DNA of 64,000 bases from Candidatus Marinacidobacterales bacterium (GTDB taxonomy: Bacteria > Acidobacteriota > Vicinamibacteria > Marinacidobacterales > DATDRI01), in contig CBDCNP010000002.1 of NCBI GenBank assembly GCA_965219415.1, positions 5,504,001 through 5,568,000 on the forward strand, in the 5' to 3' direction. Within the stretch, counting starts at the first letter, position 1. Each line of letters opens with the position of its first letter. The notes below the pieces were generated by a model. That model worked only from the letters and a program-made list of their open reading frames with translations. It was not told the DNA's origin and did not search any database. Positions 1 to 10,177 of this stretch are shown piece by piece. The position numbers and the translations under genes were made by a program.

Positions 1-1
1 G

Positions 2-304
2 GCGCTGATCCGCCGCGTCTGCGGCATTGATGCGAAGATCTCGCCCTATTTAGAAACCGTGCGGCGCAACTTCCAGAACTGGATCATGACTCACCACAGC
101 GGCGGAGGACAGAAATTCAATGAGGAGCAGATGGAATGGCTGCGCATGATTCGCGACCACATCATCAGCTCCTTTCACCTAGACCGAGACGACCTCGACA
201 TGGCTCCGTTCGATGCCAAGGGCGGCATGGGGCAGATGTACAAGCTCTTCGGCGACGAGATGGAGAGCGTGATTGATGAATTGAATGAAGCGTTGGCAGG
301 ATAA
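2..304 (+). CDS. hsdR: Type I restriction enzyme R subunit, C-terminal part (gene starts upstream of window)
   Basis: Open frame from position 2; EcoEI-R-like C-terminus (FNEEQMEWLRMIRDHI...PFDAKGG...ELNEAL); stop abuts hsdS ATG. Confidence 0.85.
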   Translation, partial: ALIRRVCGIDAKISPYLETVRRNFQNWIMTHHSGGGQKFNEEQMEWLRMIRDHIISSFHLDRDDLDMAPFDAKGGMGQMYKLFGDEMESVIDELNEALAG

Positions 305-1852
305 ATGACAACCGATTGTGAAAGGAGGGCGATCCCCTACGGATGGCAACGATGTGTCCTGCCCGACTTCACGTGCATCGTAATGGGACAGTCGCCGTCC
401 TCGAATACCTATAACCATAGTGGCGACGGCCTTCCCTTCTTCCAGGGAAAGGCGGAGTTTGGTGACCTATACCCAACGATCAACATGTACTGCTCACAGC
501 CCAACAAGATTGCCAAGCAGGGTGCAACTCTCCTGTCGGTTAGAGCCCCAGTCGGACCGACCAATCTCGCACAACACGAGTGTTGTATTGGTCGTGGTCT
601 GGCAGCTCTTCATCCTTGCGGGGGGATAGAGCCGAAGTTCCTCTTGTATCTCTTCAGAAGCATGGAACCCGTGCTATCGGGCAAGGGGACAGGTTCGACA
701 TTCAAAGCCATTACCAAGGCGTTCGTTGCAGGTCTTGAATTCAACCTGCCGCCGCCTCTCGAGCAGCGACGCATCGTCGCCAAGATCGAGCAACTGTTTT
801 CCGAACTGGACAAGGGCATCGAGAGCCTGAAGACGGCGCGCACACAACTGGCAACCTACCGCCAAGCTGTGCTCAAACACGCCTTCGAAGGCAAGCTAAC
901 GGCGCAATGGCGCGAAGAGAACAAAGACAAGCTTGAGAAACCCGAGCAATTGCTCGCTCGCATCAAGCGAGAGCGGGCGGCGCGCTACGAGCGGCAACTC
1001 CAGGAGTGGAAGACCGCTGTCAAAATGTGGGAGGAGAGCGGTAAGGCTGGCAAGAAGCCTCCGAGGCCGAAGAAGCCGCTAGAAATAGCTGATGTTCCCC
1101 ACGATGTGATCGCGAAACTACCGCAGTTGCCAGAATCGTGGGTATGGCGAAAGCTTGGGTCGCTGACTTGCGGAGTGAAATACGGGACAGCTGCAAAGTC
1201 TGCGAAGGCGGGCACAGCACCAGTACTTCGCATGGGAAATATCCAGAATGCGAAGTTTGATTGGGCGGACCTTGTCTATACCTCAGACGATGATGAGATC
1301 TCGGAATATCTGCTTCACGATGGCGACGTCCTCTTCAACCGTACTAACAGTCCTGAACTAGTTGGCAAAACTGCCATTTACAGGGGCGAACGCCGAGCGA
1401 TCTTCGCAGGATACCTCATTCGTGTGAACCACATCCGTTCGGTTGCTGACAGCCAATACGTAAACCTGTTTCTCAACTCGCACGTTGCCCGGAAGTACGG
1501 CAACAGTGTCAAAACTGACGGAGTCAACCAGTCAAACATCAACGGCACCAAACTCTCAAACTACCCATTTCCGTGCTGTTCGATTGAAGAACAGCGCGAA
1601 GTCGCCAGCATTCTTGAGAAGACGCTGTCGCTCGTTGATGAAACGGAAGCGGGTATCAGTCAGGAACTGCAGAAGGCAGATGCACTTCGCCAATCGGTTC
1701 TGAAGAAAGCCTTCGCCGGTCAACTCGTCGCGCAGGACCCCAGCGACGAGCCTGCGTCGGTTCTTCTGGACAGGGTCAAGGTGGTTAAGGATCAGGCCAG
1801 AAAGAACGGTGAGACCACCGAGAAAACCAGAAAAATGAGGACCGTCGTATGA
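305..1852 (+). CDS. hsdS: Type I RM specificity subunit
   Basis: Two TRDs separated by conserved PPLEQRRIV and CSIEEQREV helices; LRQSVLKKAFAGQLV..QDPSDEPAS C-terminus. Confidence 0.95.
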   Translation: MTTDCERRAIPYGWQRCVLPDFTCIVMGQSPSSNTYNHSGDGLPFFQGKAEFGDLYPTINMYCSQPNKIAKQGATLLSVRAPVGPTNLAQHECCIGRGLAALHPCGGIEPKFLLYLFRSMEPVLSGKGTGSTFKAITKAFVAGLEFNLPPPLEQRRIVAKIEQLFSELDKGIESLKTARTQLATYRQAVLKHAFEGKLTAQWREENKDKLEKPEQLLARIKRERAARYERQLQEWKTAVKMWEESGKAGKKPPRPKKPLEIADVPHDVIAKLPQLPESWVWRKLGSLTCGVKYGTAAKSAKAGTAPVLRMGNIQNAKFDWADLVYTSDDDEISEYLLHDGDVLFNRTNSPELVGKTAIYRGERRAIFAGYLIRVNHIRSVADSQYVNLFLNSHVARKYGNSVKTDGVNQSNINGTKLSNYPFPCCSIEEQREVASILEKTLSLVDETEAGISQELQKADALRQSVLKKAFAGQLVAQDPSDEPASVLLDRVKVVKDQARKNGETTEKTRKMRTVV

Positions 1853-3375
1853 ACACCGCCCCCATCGTTTCCAAAGTCTGGAGCTTCTGTACCACCCTGC
1901 GCGATGACGGGGTCGGCTATGGCGACTACCTGGAGCAGCTCACCTATCTGATCTTCCTCAAGATGGCCGACGAGTATGCCAAACCGCCTTACAATCGCAA
2001 TGTCGGCATCCCCGCCGAATACAACTGGCAAAGCCTGAAATCGAAGAGGGGCTCAGAACTCGAAGGCCACTACATCGCTCTGCTTCACGAGCTCGGCACC
2101 AAGACGGGCATGCTGGGGCAGATCTTCACCAAGGCTCAAAACAAGATCCAGGACCCGGCTAAGCTCTATCGTTTGATCGACATGATCGACGATACCGAGT
2201 GGGTGACCATGGGTGCCGACATCAAGGGCGACATCTATGAGAACCTGCTGGAGAGGAATGCCGAAGACACCAAGTCGGGCGCGGGCCAGTATTTCACGCC
2301 GAGAGCCCTCGTCCGTGCCATGGTCGAATGTGTACAGCCCGAACCGGGCATGCTCATCGCCGACCCTGCCTGTGGCACGGGCGGTTTCTTCCTGGCCGCC
2401 TACGACTTCATTACCAATTCGGACAACTTCAAGCTCGACAAGAAACAGAAGGCGTTCCTGAAGCACGAGGCGTTTCACGGCAACGAGATCGTCGCCAACA
2501 CGCGCCGCCTGTGCCTGATGAACATGTTCTTGCACAACATCGGTGAGATCGAGGGAGGCGCGCCCATATCGCCGAATGACTCGCTTGTGGCCGATGCTGG
2601 CAAGCGCTTTGACTATGTGCTCGCGAACCCGCCTTTCGGCAAGAAGAGTTCCATGAGCTTCACGAACGAAGAAGGCGAACAGGAAAAGGACGACCTGACC
2701 TACAACCGGCAGGACTTCTGGGCGACCACCTCGAACAAACAGCTCAATTTCGTGCAGCACATTCGCACGATGCTCAAGACCACGGGCCGCGCTGCCATAG
2801 TAGTGCCAGACAACGTGCTGTTTGAAGGCGGCGCCGGAGAGACGATCCGCAAGAAGTTGCTGGACAACACCGACCTGCACACCATCCTGCGCCTTCCGAC
2901 CGGCGTGTTCTACTCGCAGGGGGTCAAGGCCAATGTGATTTTCTTCGATAACCGCGAAGCCAGCCCTAATCCCTGGACGAAGCAAGTTTGGTACTACGAC
3001 TACCGTACCAACATCCACCACACGCTAAAGAAGAAGCCCATGCGCCTTGACGATCTCGCGGACTTCGTCCACTGCTACAACCCGCAGAACCGGCACAAGC
3101 GCAAGGCGACCTGGGACGAAAAGGACGCACCGGAAGGCCGTTGGCGCAGCTACAGCTACGAGGAGCTCAGAGCGCGCGACAAGACCAGTCTCGACATCTT
3201 CTGGCTCAAGGACAAAAGCCTGACGGACCTGGACAACCTTCCGGAGCCCGACGACCTCGCCGAGGAGATCATCGAAACCCTTGCGGCTGGCTTGAATAGT
3301 TTTCGCGAGGTGCTCGCCAGTTTGCGCCAGGGTTCACAGGGGAACGAGCGACGCTCCGGACCGCGCCCGCGATGA
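1849..3375 (+). CDS. hsdM: Type I RM N6-adenine methyltransferase subunit
   Basis: GQYFTPR, DPACGTGGF (motif I), NPPF (motif IV); ATGA overlap with hsdS. Confidence 0.96.
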   Translation: MNTAPIVSKVWSFCTTLRDDGVGYGDYLEQLTYLIFLKMADEYAKPPYNRNVGIPAEYNWQSLKSKRGSELEGHYIALLHELGTKTGMLGQIFTKAQNKIQDPAKLYRLIDMIDDTEWVTMGADIKGDIYENLLERNAEDTKSGAGQYFTPRALVRAMVECVQPEPGMLIADPACGTGGFFLAAYDFITNSDNFKLDKKQKAFLKHEAFHGNEIVANTRRLCLMNMFLHNIGEIEGGAPISPNDSLVADAGKRFDYVLANPPFGKKSSMSFTNEEGEQEKDDLTYNRQDFWATTSNKQLNFVQHIRTMLKTTGRAAIVVPDNVLFEGGAGETIRKKLLDNTDLHTILRLPTGVFYSQGVKANVIFFDNREASPNPWTKQVWYYDYRTNIHHTLKKKPMRLDDLADFVHCYNPQNRHKRKATWDEKDAPEGRWRSYSYEELRARDKTSLDIFWLKDKSLTDLDNLPEPDDLAEEIIETLAAGLNSFREVLASLRQGSQGNERRSGPRPR

Positions 3376-3403
3376 GCGCCGCGACGGGAACGGGCCAGCG
3401 AGG

Positions 3404-3567
3404 TTGCGGGAGGGCGCGATCGAGGAGGGCCAAGTCACCGTGTTCGCCGCGGTCGATCATTGCACTGCGGAGTGTGTCGGCATCCATGCGGTCAAACGGG
3501 CGACTCGTTTTCAGGCCCTGGACCCGATCCGGCAAGGCGTTAACGAGCACTTCGGCGGCTTTCACGC
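3404..3567 (+). pseudogene. IS3-family integrase-domain fragment
   Basis: GQVTVFAAVDHCTAECVGIHA..RATRF; cut by IS5 terminus at 3568. Confidence 0.6.
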
Positions 3568-4654
3568 TGCCTTGGTGCACAACTCGCGATCTCGGTCCAC
3601 AATTGTCCTGTACTCGCGGATACGAGGTTCCCCATGAGCATTTTCAAACGCACTCAGCGGAAGTATGTGAAGAAGGCCTATCGCGTGAGGAATTGGCGTG
3701 AATATGAGGCGGGTCTACGCAACCGCGGGAGCCTGACCGTCTGGATCTCGCTCACCGCCGGCAAGCTTGTGAACTGGGACGCGCCCCGGCCAAGGAGGAG
3801 GAAACCGGGCCGTCAACGCAAGTACTCGAACCACGCCATCGAGACGGCTGTCACCCTGGGCATGGTGTTTCATCTGTCATCTAGGCAGAGCGAGGGATTG
3901 CTGCGGTCGTTGTTCGCTCTGATGAAGCTAGACAATGATGTGCCCGATCACACCACGATCTCGAGGCGCAAGCCGAAGCTGGGTAAGGTCCCCTTCTACC
4001 CAGTCAAGCAGAAGACGCCGTTGCACATCTTGTTCGACAGCAGCGGTCTCGCTGTCCACGCCGGCCAGCTGCGCAGAGCACAAAAGAGCAGGGACTATCG
4101 CAAGCTCCATCTGTGTGTCGACGAGCAGAGTGGCGAAGTCGTCGCCGGCGAGCTGACGAGCAAAAGAGCCCGTGATTCATCGCGGGTTGCATCGCTTGTC
4201 GGACAGATCGACAGTCCCATCTCATCGGCCAGAGCTGACACCGCATACGACGCCGGCGGCGTCTATGAGGCAATCGAGAATCACAGCGCTCATCGCTCGC
4301 CGAGGGTGCTGATACCGCCGCGCAAGGGCGCCCTGCTCGCATCGGGGCCGGCGAGCAGCCGACAGCGCAATCGCAACATTGCAGCACAAGCTCGGCTCGG
4401 CAAACGAAAGTGGCACACAGAATCGGGCTACAGCAAACGGAGCAAAGTCGAGACAACGTTCCATCGCTACAAGGCTATCGTGGGCTCAGCGATGCGAGCG
4501 AGAGGGTTGGCGGCACAGAGAGGTGAGGCAAGGATCGGGTGCAAGATTCTCAACACCATGACGGCGCTCGGGATGCCTGATAGCGAGATGATCGGATGAT
4601 GGGAGTCGGGGCCAAGCGAGCTCTCGGCCTCTATCGGAGTTGTGCACCAAGGCA
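3568..4654 (+). mobile_element. IS5 family (IS903-like) element, copy 1, 1087 bp
   Basis: 18-bp TIR TGCCTTGGTGCACAACTC / GAGTTGTGCACCAAGGCA; no TSD. Confidence 0.92.
3634..4599 (+). CDS. IS5-family (IS903-like) transposase
   Basis: NWREYEAGLRNRGSLTVW, DSSG, ADTAYD, YSKRSKVETTF motifs. Confidence 0.93.
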   Translation: MSIFKRTQRKYVKKAYRVRNWREYEAGLRNRGSLTVWISLTAGKLVNWDAPRPRRRKPGRQRKYSNHAIETAVTLGMVFHLSSRQSEGLLRSLFALMKLDNDVPDHTTISRRKPKLGKVPFYPVKQKTPLHILFDSSGLAVHAGQLRRAQKSRDYRKLHLCVDEQSGEVVAGELTSKRARDSSRVASLVGQIDSPISSARADTAYDAGGVYEAIENHSAHRSPRVLIPPRKGALLASGPASSRQRNRNIAAQARLGKRKWHTESGYSKRSKVETTFHRYKAIVGSAMRARGLAAQRGEARIGCKILNTMTALGMPDSEMIG

Positions 4655-5459
4655 TCGAGCGGGTAGGAGATTCCGATCGACCTGCATCATGAACGCGCCG
4701 TCCGGCCTGGGAGTGATTCCGGCAATGTGTACTTTTCGCGAAGGCAGCTCGATGACGACGAGCACATAGTAGCTCACGAGCCTGCGAACCGTGGCGACCT
4801 CGACGGTGAAGAAGTCGGTCGCAGCAACGGTTTCCCAATGGGCGGCGAGGAACGGCGCCACGGCGTCCGCTCACCTCGCTCCGGCGCGGGCTCGATGCCG
4901 TGTTCCCGCAGAATATTTGCGATGGTGCTCCTGGCTACGGTATGGCCGAGATTCGTGAGGGCGCCGCGAATTCGTGTATATCCCCACTTCGGATTCGAAT
5001 GCGCCATCCCCACGATGAGCTCGCTAATCTCGGCCATGACCCGGGGCCGTCCGAGCTGTTGCCGCCGCGCGCTGCAGTCCCACTTCCGCGCAATGAGCCT
5101 TCGGTGCCAAGCCAGCAGGGTTTCCGGTGTGACGATGCCGGCGACTTCTGCCAAGAGTTTCCGGCCAAGCGCCTTGCCCTTTACCGCGAGCCGACGTCGC
5201 TCGTCGTCCGTGAGACGAAGCTGCCTCCCGCAAAGCCGAGCTTTAAGGACTCTGTTCTCCTCCAGCAAGTAAACGATAGCCGCCTGTTGGTCACGCTGTA
5301 TCCAACCAGCGATGGCAACGACCAATAATGTCAAGAGCTGGATCGGCATCCTCATGACCGAGGATTCTAGCTCCCATTGGCCAACCAAGTCTAGACACCT
5401 CTAATCCGAAACGGCCCGGCACGCGGATCTCGAGTTCGTTTGTGTTTTTGGACAGGACG
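4655..5459 (-). mobile_element. rve/DDE integrase element, B subfamily, frameshifted and 3'-truncated by IS5
   Basis: Gene starts at 5355 ([41 protein letters not shown]); B-type terminus TTTTTGGACAGGACG at 5445-5459. Confidence 0.85.
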
Positions 5460-5547
5460 GCATTAGAATAGCGCCGTTTGAGTATCGCTCGAAGCTCAAC
5501 CACCTAATACGTCGAGTTAGCTGCAAACGAAAAAGGAGACTTGAGAA

Positions 5548-5865
5548 ATGGCGAAAAAAACCATGACCCAAACCCAAATCGTGGCTCAGATGTCGGAAAC
5601 GATGCAGGTTCCGAAGAAGCAGGCCGCTGCATGGTTCAAGTCGATTGCCGATCTCGCGGTAAAAGAAACGAAGCGAACGGGCCAGTTCGTCATTCCCGGA
5701 ATCGGAAAACTCGTGAAAGCGAAACGAAAGGCTCGCAAGGGACGCAACCCCCGGACCGGCGAACAGATTCGAATCCCGAAAAAGACGGTGGTCAAGTTTC
5801 GAGTAGCGAAAGCTTGCCAAGACGCCGTCGTCCCACTGAAGAAGAAGCTCACAAGCGACGCCTGA
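5548..5865 (+). CDS. hup: HU-family DNA-binding protein
   Basis: PGIGKL..KRKARKGRNPRTGEQIRIPKKTVVKF; AGGAG RBS. Confidence 0.93.
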   Translation: MAKKTMTQTQIVAQMSETMQVPKKQAAAWFKSIADLAVKETKRTGQFVIPGIGKLVKAKRKARKGRNPRTGEQIRIPKKTVVKFRVAKACQDAVVPLKKKLTSDA

Positions 5866-6030
5866 GAATGTTCTACTGATCGACGGATGCACGCCGATGA
5901 TCTATGCGTAAAAAGCGCACGAGGGATCGGGCAAAGGCGGACACTGAGAAGCCGATGGAAACCAAACCATTGCAGGTTCCAGAGACCCCACCAATCCGGC
6001 CGGAGGTGCCAACGGAGGAGGAAAATGTTG

Positions 6031-6195
6031 GGTGCTTCCGCCATTAAGTGTTGGTGAGATGACGCTAAGACTTTACGGTGCATTAAATTACAGCCAAAAT
6101 AGCGCTCGTGACCTTCGCTGCGCGCTAAAGGAGGGTAAGCGCCTTTTTTGCAATGGGATGCGTACACATCACCAACAGCAAACAGCGCAAGCACC
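6031..6195. repeat. MITE 'E' (~165 bp)
   Basis: TIR GGTGCTT(C/G)CGC; near-identical copies at 37411-37576 and 56475-56640. Confidence 0.85.
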
Positions 6196-6434
6196 CGAGC
6201 GATGTCCGTCGGCGAGAAGTACAGCGAGTACACGCCATGGGGCTTCAACGGCGCCCTATTACTACGTGCGGCTCGGGTACGGATGGGGCAGTTAATCAAC
6301 GGCTTCAGTCCGCTCGACCGATTCTCAAGGCACTGTCAAGATAAAGAATTCTGGTTCGCCGATCGGTTATGCCAAGCGGTGAAGCGCCTAGGGGTTGAAT
6401 CGTGCAATAGCGCCAATCAGAACGCGTAACGCAG

Positions 6435-6715
6435 GGAACTGTCGGGCGTGACAAGGGCTACGACGTGGCGCGCTTCGTTCGACCGGCTTCGCGCGCTCGA
6501 GGTGACCCCCACATCGCGCAAGAGGGTACAAGCGCCATCGACGGCTGGACCACCCAGCATCCTGGCTACCAGGTCAGTCAGCGGAAAGCGGAAGCTGGTC
6601 GAGCAGGTCTTTGGCTGGCTCAAAACCGTCGGCGACCTGCGGAAGCTACGCCACCGGGGAGGGGCAACTGGTCGACTGAATCGTCACCCTCGCGGCGGCC
6701 GCGTACAACTTGGTG
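6435..6715 (+). pseudogene. IS5-type transposase 3' fragment
   Basis: DKGYD..PHIAQ..SAIDG.TT.HPGYQVSQRKRKLVEQVFGWLKT read across frameshifts. Confidence 0.7.
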
Positions 6716-7034
6716 CGAAGCATGCGCGAGCGCCACAACTGGAACCCGTGGCACTCAGGCATTCCTGACAAGTAAGATGGCAGATCAATGGCAAGGAACA
6801 AACAAAAGCACGAGGAAACCGAAGGCTCAGACCAGCACTCCTCCGCGCCAGATGAACGCCCCAGAACCGACCTCACAATCGCAAAGAAACTCGTCAGGGA
6901 GGACGAGAGCTTCCCCTTGCCAGTTTGGCCATGGTCGTCCTTGTTGGAATCCTGTCCCTTCCATAAAATCGAGCTGTATGAGATTGGCGAACTGCCTACA
7001 ACCAGGATGCTTTGGTCGTCTTCATGTAGGACGT

Positions 7035-7168
7035 TTTGAGAGCCGGCGCCGGCTCTACTCAGGGGTAGAGGTGTAAGCTGGTGCGAAGTCCGGCAGCCGT
7101 TCCGAGCGGATCGGCTCAAGCAGCGCGTCGAGTGTAACAATGATGGAGACCACCCACCTTTGGAATGG
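7035..7168 (-). mobile_element. 3' tail of an rve element (..HYTRRAA* plus downstream non-coding DNA)
   Basis: Matches 54305-54450; related piece at about 40115-40175. Confidence 0.6.
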
Positions 7169-7316
7169 CTGTGCCTTCTATTTATTCATCCGCCAGCCCA
7201 TGGGTCGGAAGTCAGCCCTGCGGCGCGAAATACCCTGGATTCTGCGCGGATTCCAAGGGCGTCTAAGCTGCTGATTTGTGGTCTATTTCAAAAGGGCCGA
7301 GTTTTGGCACAGGACG
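7169..7316. repeat. Chimeric D-F-A MITE (~150 bp)
   Basis: CTGTGCCTTCTATTTATTC...GAGTTTTGGCACAGGACG; copies at 17761-17910 and 25235-25382. Confidence 0.85.
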
Positions 7317-7383
7317 CGGTCTTGGAAGAACACTTTCAGCTCGCCTTCTAGCGTTTCCCGGCCGTGCTTTCTCGTAGGCTCTC

Positions 7384-8470
7384 TGCCTTGGTGCACAACT
7401 CCGATAGAGGCCGAGAGCTCGCTTGGCCCCGACTCCCATCATCCGATCATCTCGCTATCAGGCATCCCGAGCGCCGTCATGGTGTTGAGAATCTTGCACC
7501 CGATCCTTGCCTCACCTCTCTGTGCCGCCAACCCTCTCGCTCGCATCGCTGAGCCCACGATAGCCTTGTAGCGATGGAACGTTGTCTCGACTTTGCTCCG
7601 TTTGCTGTAGCCCGATTCTGTGTGCCACTTTCGTTTGCCGAGCCGAGCTTGTGCTGCAATGTTGCGATTGCGCTGTCGGCTGCTCGCCGGCCCCGATGCG
7701 AGCAGGGCGCCCTTGCGCGGCGGTATCAGCACCCTCGGCGAGCGATGAGCGCTGTGATTCTCGATTGCCTCATAGACGCCGCCGGCGTCGTATGCGGTGT
7801 CAGCTCTGGCCGATGAGATGGGACTGTCGATCTGTCCGACAAGCGATGCAACCCGCAATGAATCACGGGCTCTTTTGCTCGTCAGCTCGCCGGCGACGAC
7901 TTCGCCACTCTGCTCGTCGACACACAGATGGAGCTTGCGATAGTCCCTGCTCTTTTGTGCTCTGCGCAGCTGGCCGGCGTGGACAGCGAGACCGCTGCTG
8001 TCGAACAAGATGTGCAACGGCGTCTTCTGCTTGACTGGGTAGAAGGGGACCTTACCCAGCTTCGGCTTGCGCCTCGAGATCGTGGTGTGATCGGGCACAT
8101 CATTGTCTAGCTTCATCAGAGCGAACAACGACCGCAGCAATCCCTCGCTCTGCCTAGATGACAGATGAAACACCATGCCCAGGGTGACAGCCGTCTCGAT
8201 GGCGTGGTTCGAGTACTTGCGTTGACGGCCCGGTTTCCTCCTCCTTGGCCGGGGCGCGTCCCAGTTCACAAGCTTGCCGGCGGTGAGCGAGATCCAGACG
8301 GTCAGGCTCCCGCGGTTGCGTAGACCCGCCTCATATTCACGCCAATTCCTCACGCGATAGGCCTTCTTCACATACTTCCGCTGAGTGCGTTTGAAAATGC
8401 TCATGGGGAACCTCGTATCCGCGAGTACAGGACAATTGTGGACCGAGATCGCTAGTTGTGCACCAAGGCA
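7384..8470 (-). mobile_element. IS903-like IS5 element, copy 2
   Basis: Same TIRs as copy 1, near-identical sequence, inverted orientation. Confidence 0.92.
7439..8404 (-). CDS. IS5-family transposase (intact)
   Basis: 321 aa, differs from 3634-4599 by one residue (S>L). Confidence 0.93.
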   Translation of the reverse strand: MSIFKRTQRKYVKKAYRVRNWREYEAGLRNRGSLTVWISLTAGKLVNWDAPRPRRRKPGRQRKYSNHAIETAVTLGMVFHLSSRQSEGLLRSLFALMKLDNDVPDHTTISRRKPKLGKVPFYPVKQKTPLHILFDSSGLAVHAGQLRRAQKSRDYRKLHLCVDEQSGEVVAGELTSKRARDSLRVASLVGQIDSPISSARADTAYDAGGVYEAIENHSAHRSPRVLIPPRKGALLASGPASSRQRNRNIAAQARLGKRKWHTESGYSKRSKVETTFHRYKAIVGSAMRARGLAAQRGEARIGCKILNTMTALGMPDSEMIG

Positions 8471-8542
8471 GGGTCGTGACCGTGCTTGCCAAGAGGGCGC
8501 TCAAGCTCGTCAAGGGTTGAAATCTTGTTTCCAGGAGCTAAG

Positions 8543-8830
8543 GGCCCGGTCGCAAACACAGACACCAAGCTGCTGATTTATAGGCTATTTCAAAAAGCCC
8601 GAGTTTTGGCACAGGACGGGGTATACACGCATTCGCGGCGCCCTCTCGAATCTCGGCCATACCGTAGCCAGGAGCACCATCGCCAATATTCTGCGAGAAC
8701 ATGGCATCGAGCCCGCGCCGGAGCGAGGTGAGCGAACGCCGTGGCGCACGTTTCTCGCCGCCCGTTGGGAAACCGTTGCTGCGACCGACTTCTTCACCGT
8801 CGAGGTCGCCACGGTTCGCAGGCTCGTGAC
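8543..8830 (+). mobile_element. A-type terminus followed by internal fragment of a B-subfamily rve gene
   Basis: A end finishes at 8618, then [30 protein letters not shown]. Confidence 0.7.
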
Positions 8831-8850
8831 CTCGTCGTGTCCAAAAACAC

Positions 8851-10108
8851 TGAAGTGACCCCGCTTTCGTGGACAGGTTAAGAGTTAGGGATCAAGCGTC
8901 GCGATAGTACCTCCTTTCGAATTGGATAGGCGAGCAATAGTCGATGGCGGAGTGTCGTCGTCGCGGGTTGTACCAGCCTTCGATGAAATCGAAGGTCGCC
9001 ATGCGCGCCTCAGCGTGGTAGCGAAACGACCGGCGCTCGATCAGCTCGCACTCGAGCGTCGCGAAGAAGCTCTCGCACATCGCATTGTCGTAACAGTCCC
9101 CGACCGAACCCATCGACGGTCGCGCCCCGGCCTCCCGGCATCGCTGGCCGAACGCTAGTGACGTGTACTGCGTGCCCTGGTCCGAGTGATGGATGACGTC
9201 GCCGGGCTTGCGTTGGAACAGCGCCATGTCGAGGGCGCTCAAGACGAGCGACGTCCGCAGGTGGGTAGCCATTGCCCATCCGACGATGCGTCGGCTGAAG
9301 GCGTCCAGCACGACGGCGAGGAACAAGAAGCCCGACCACGTGGGCACGTAGGTGATATCGGCGACCCACAGGCGGTCGGGCCGGTCCACCTCGAAATTCC
9401 TGTCGACGAGATCGGGGGCGGGACGGGCGTCGTCACAGCGAATCGTAGTGTGCGCCCTCTTGCGCCGGTGAACACCTTGAATGCCAGCCTCGCGCATCAG
9501 CCGCGCTACACGCTTGCGTGAGACGTGGAGCTCGTGTGTCTCTCGTAGCTCGTGGAGGATCCTCGGCGCGCCGTACGTGCTCCGCGACGCGGTGTGAATC
9601 GCCCGGATCTTCTCAAGCAACTCCGCATCCGACACCGCGCGGGCCGACGGGGCACGCTCAAGCCACGCATAGTAGCCGCTGGCGGAGACGTCCAGCAGTC
9701 GGCACATCGTGGCAACCGGTAGTGAATCCTGGTTCGCCCTCACGAATCGGAAGGCTTCGGTGGTACCGACTCGGTCTCCCGAGCGAACCAGGCCGCGGCT
9801 TTTGAGAGGATCTCCCGCTCCAACCGTAGTTGACGGTTCTCCCGTCGCAGGCGGCGGAGCTCCGCACGCTCCTCACTCGTCAGACCGTCCTGCCTGCGAC
9901 CCTCGTCGAGATCCGCCTGGTTCACCCAGTTCCGGATCGTCTGGCCCGAGGGCTCAAACTCTCGCGCCAGCTCTTCGGAGCCGCGGCCAGCTCGCACCAG
10001 CTCTACCATTTGGCGCCGGAACTCGGCCGCGTATCTGTTTCCCTGCTTTGACATCGTGGACTCCTGTCTCCCAAAGGATTAGGTGTCCACGAAAGCGGGT
10101 CAAGTCCA
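8851..10108 (-). mobile_element. IS3-family element type 1, copy 1 (orfA 9740-10054, orfB 8892-9743)
   Basis: TG..CA TIRs (TGAAGTGACCCCGCTTTCGTGGACA); 4-bp TSD ACAC; orfB WVADITY, HSDQG, DNAMCESFF. Confidence 0.95.
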
Positions 10109-10177
10109 ACACAAACGAACTCAAGATCCTTGCGCCGCCTTGGCCCGGTCGCAAACACAGACACTAAACTGCTGATT

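Noticed and set aside
2053-3021. Long antisense ORFs (also 25953-26990, 27654-28733, 15814-16683, 60572-61393)
   Set aside because: Shadow ORFs of real GC-rich genes on the opposite strand
6788-7039. 83-aa AT-richer ORF
   Set aside because: No recognisable motif, and it ends at an rve tail junction; probably a truncated fragment
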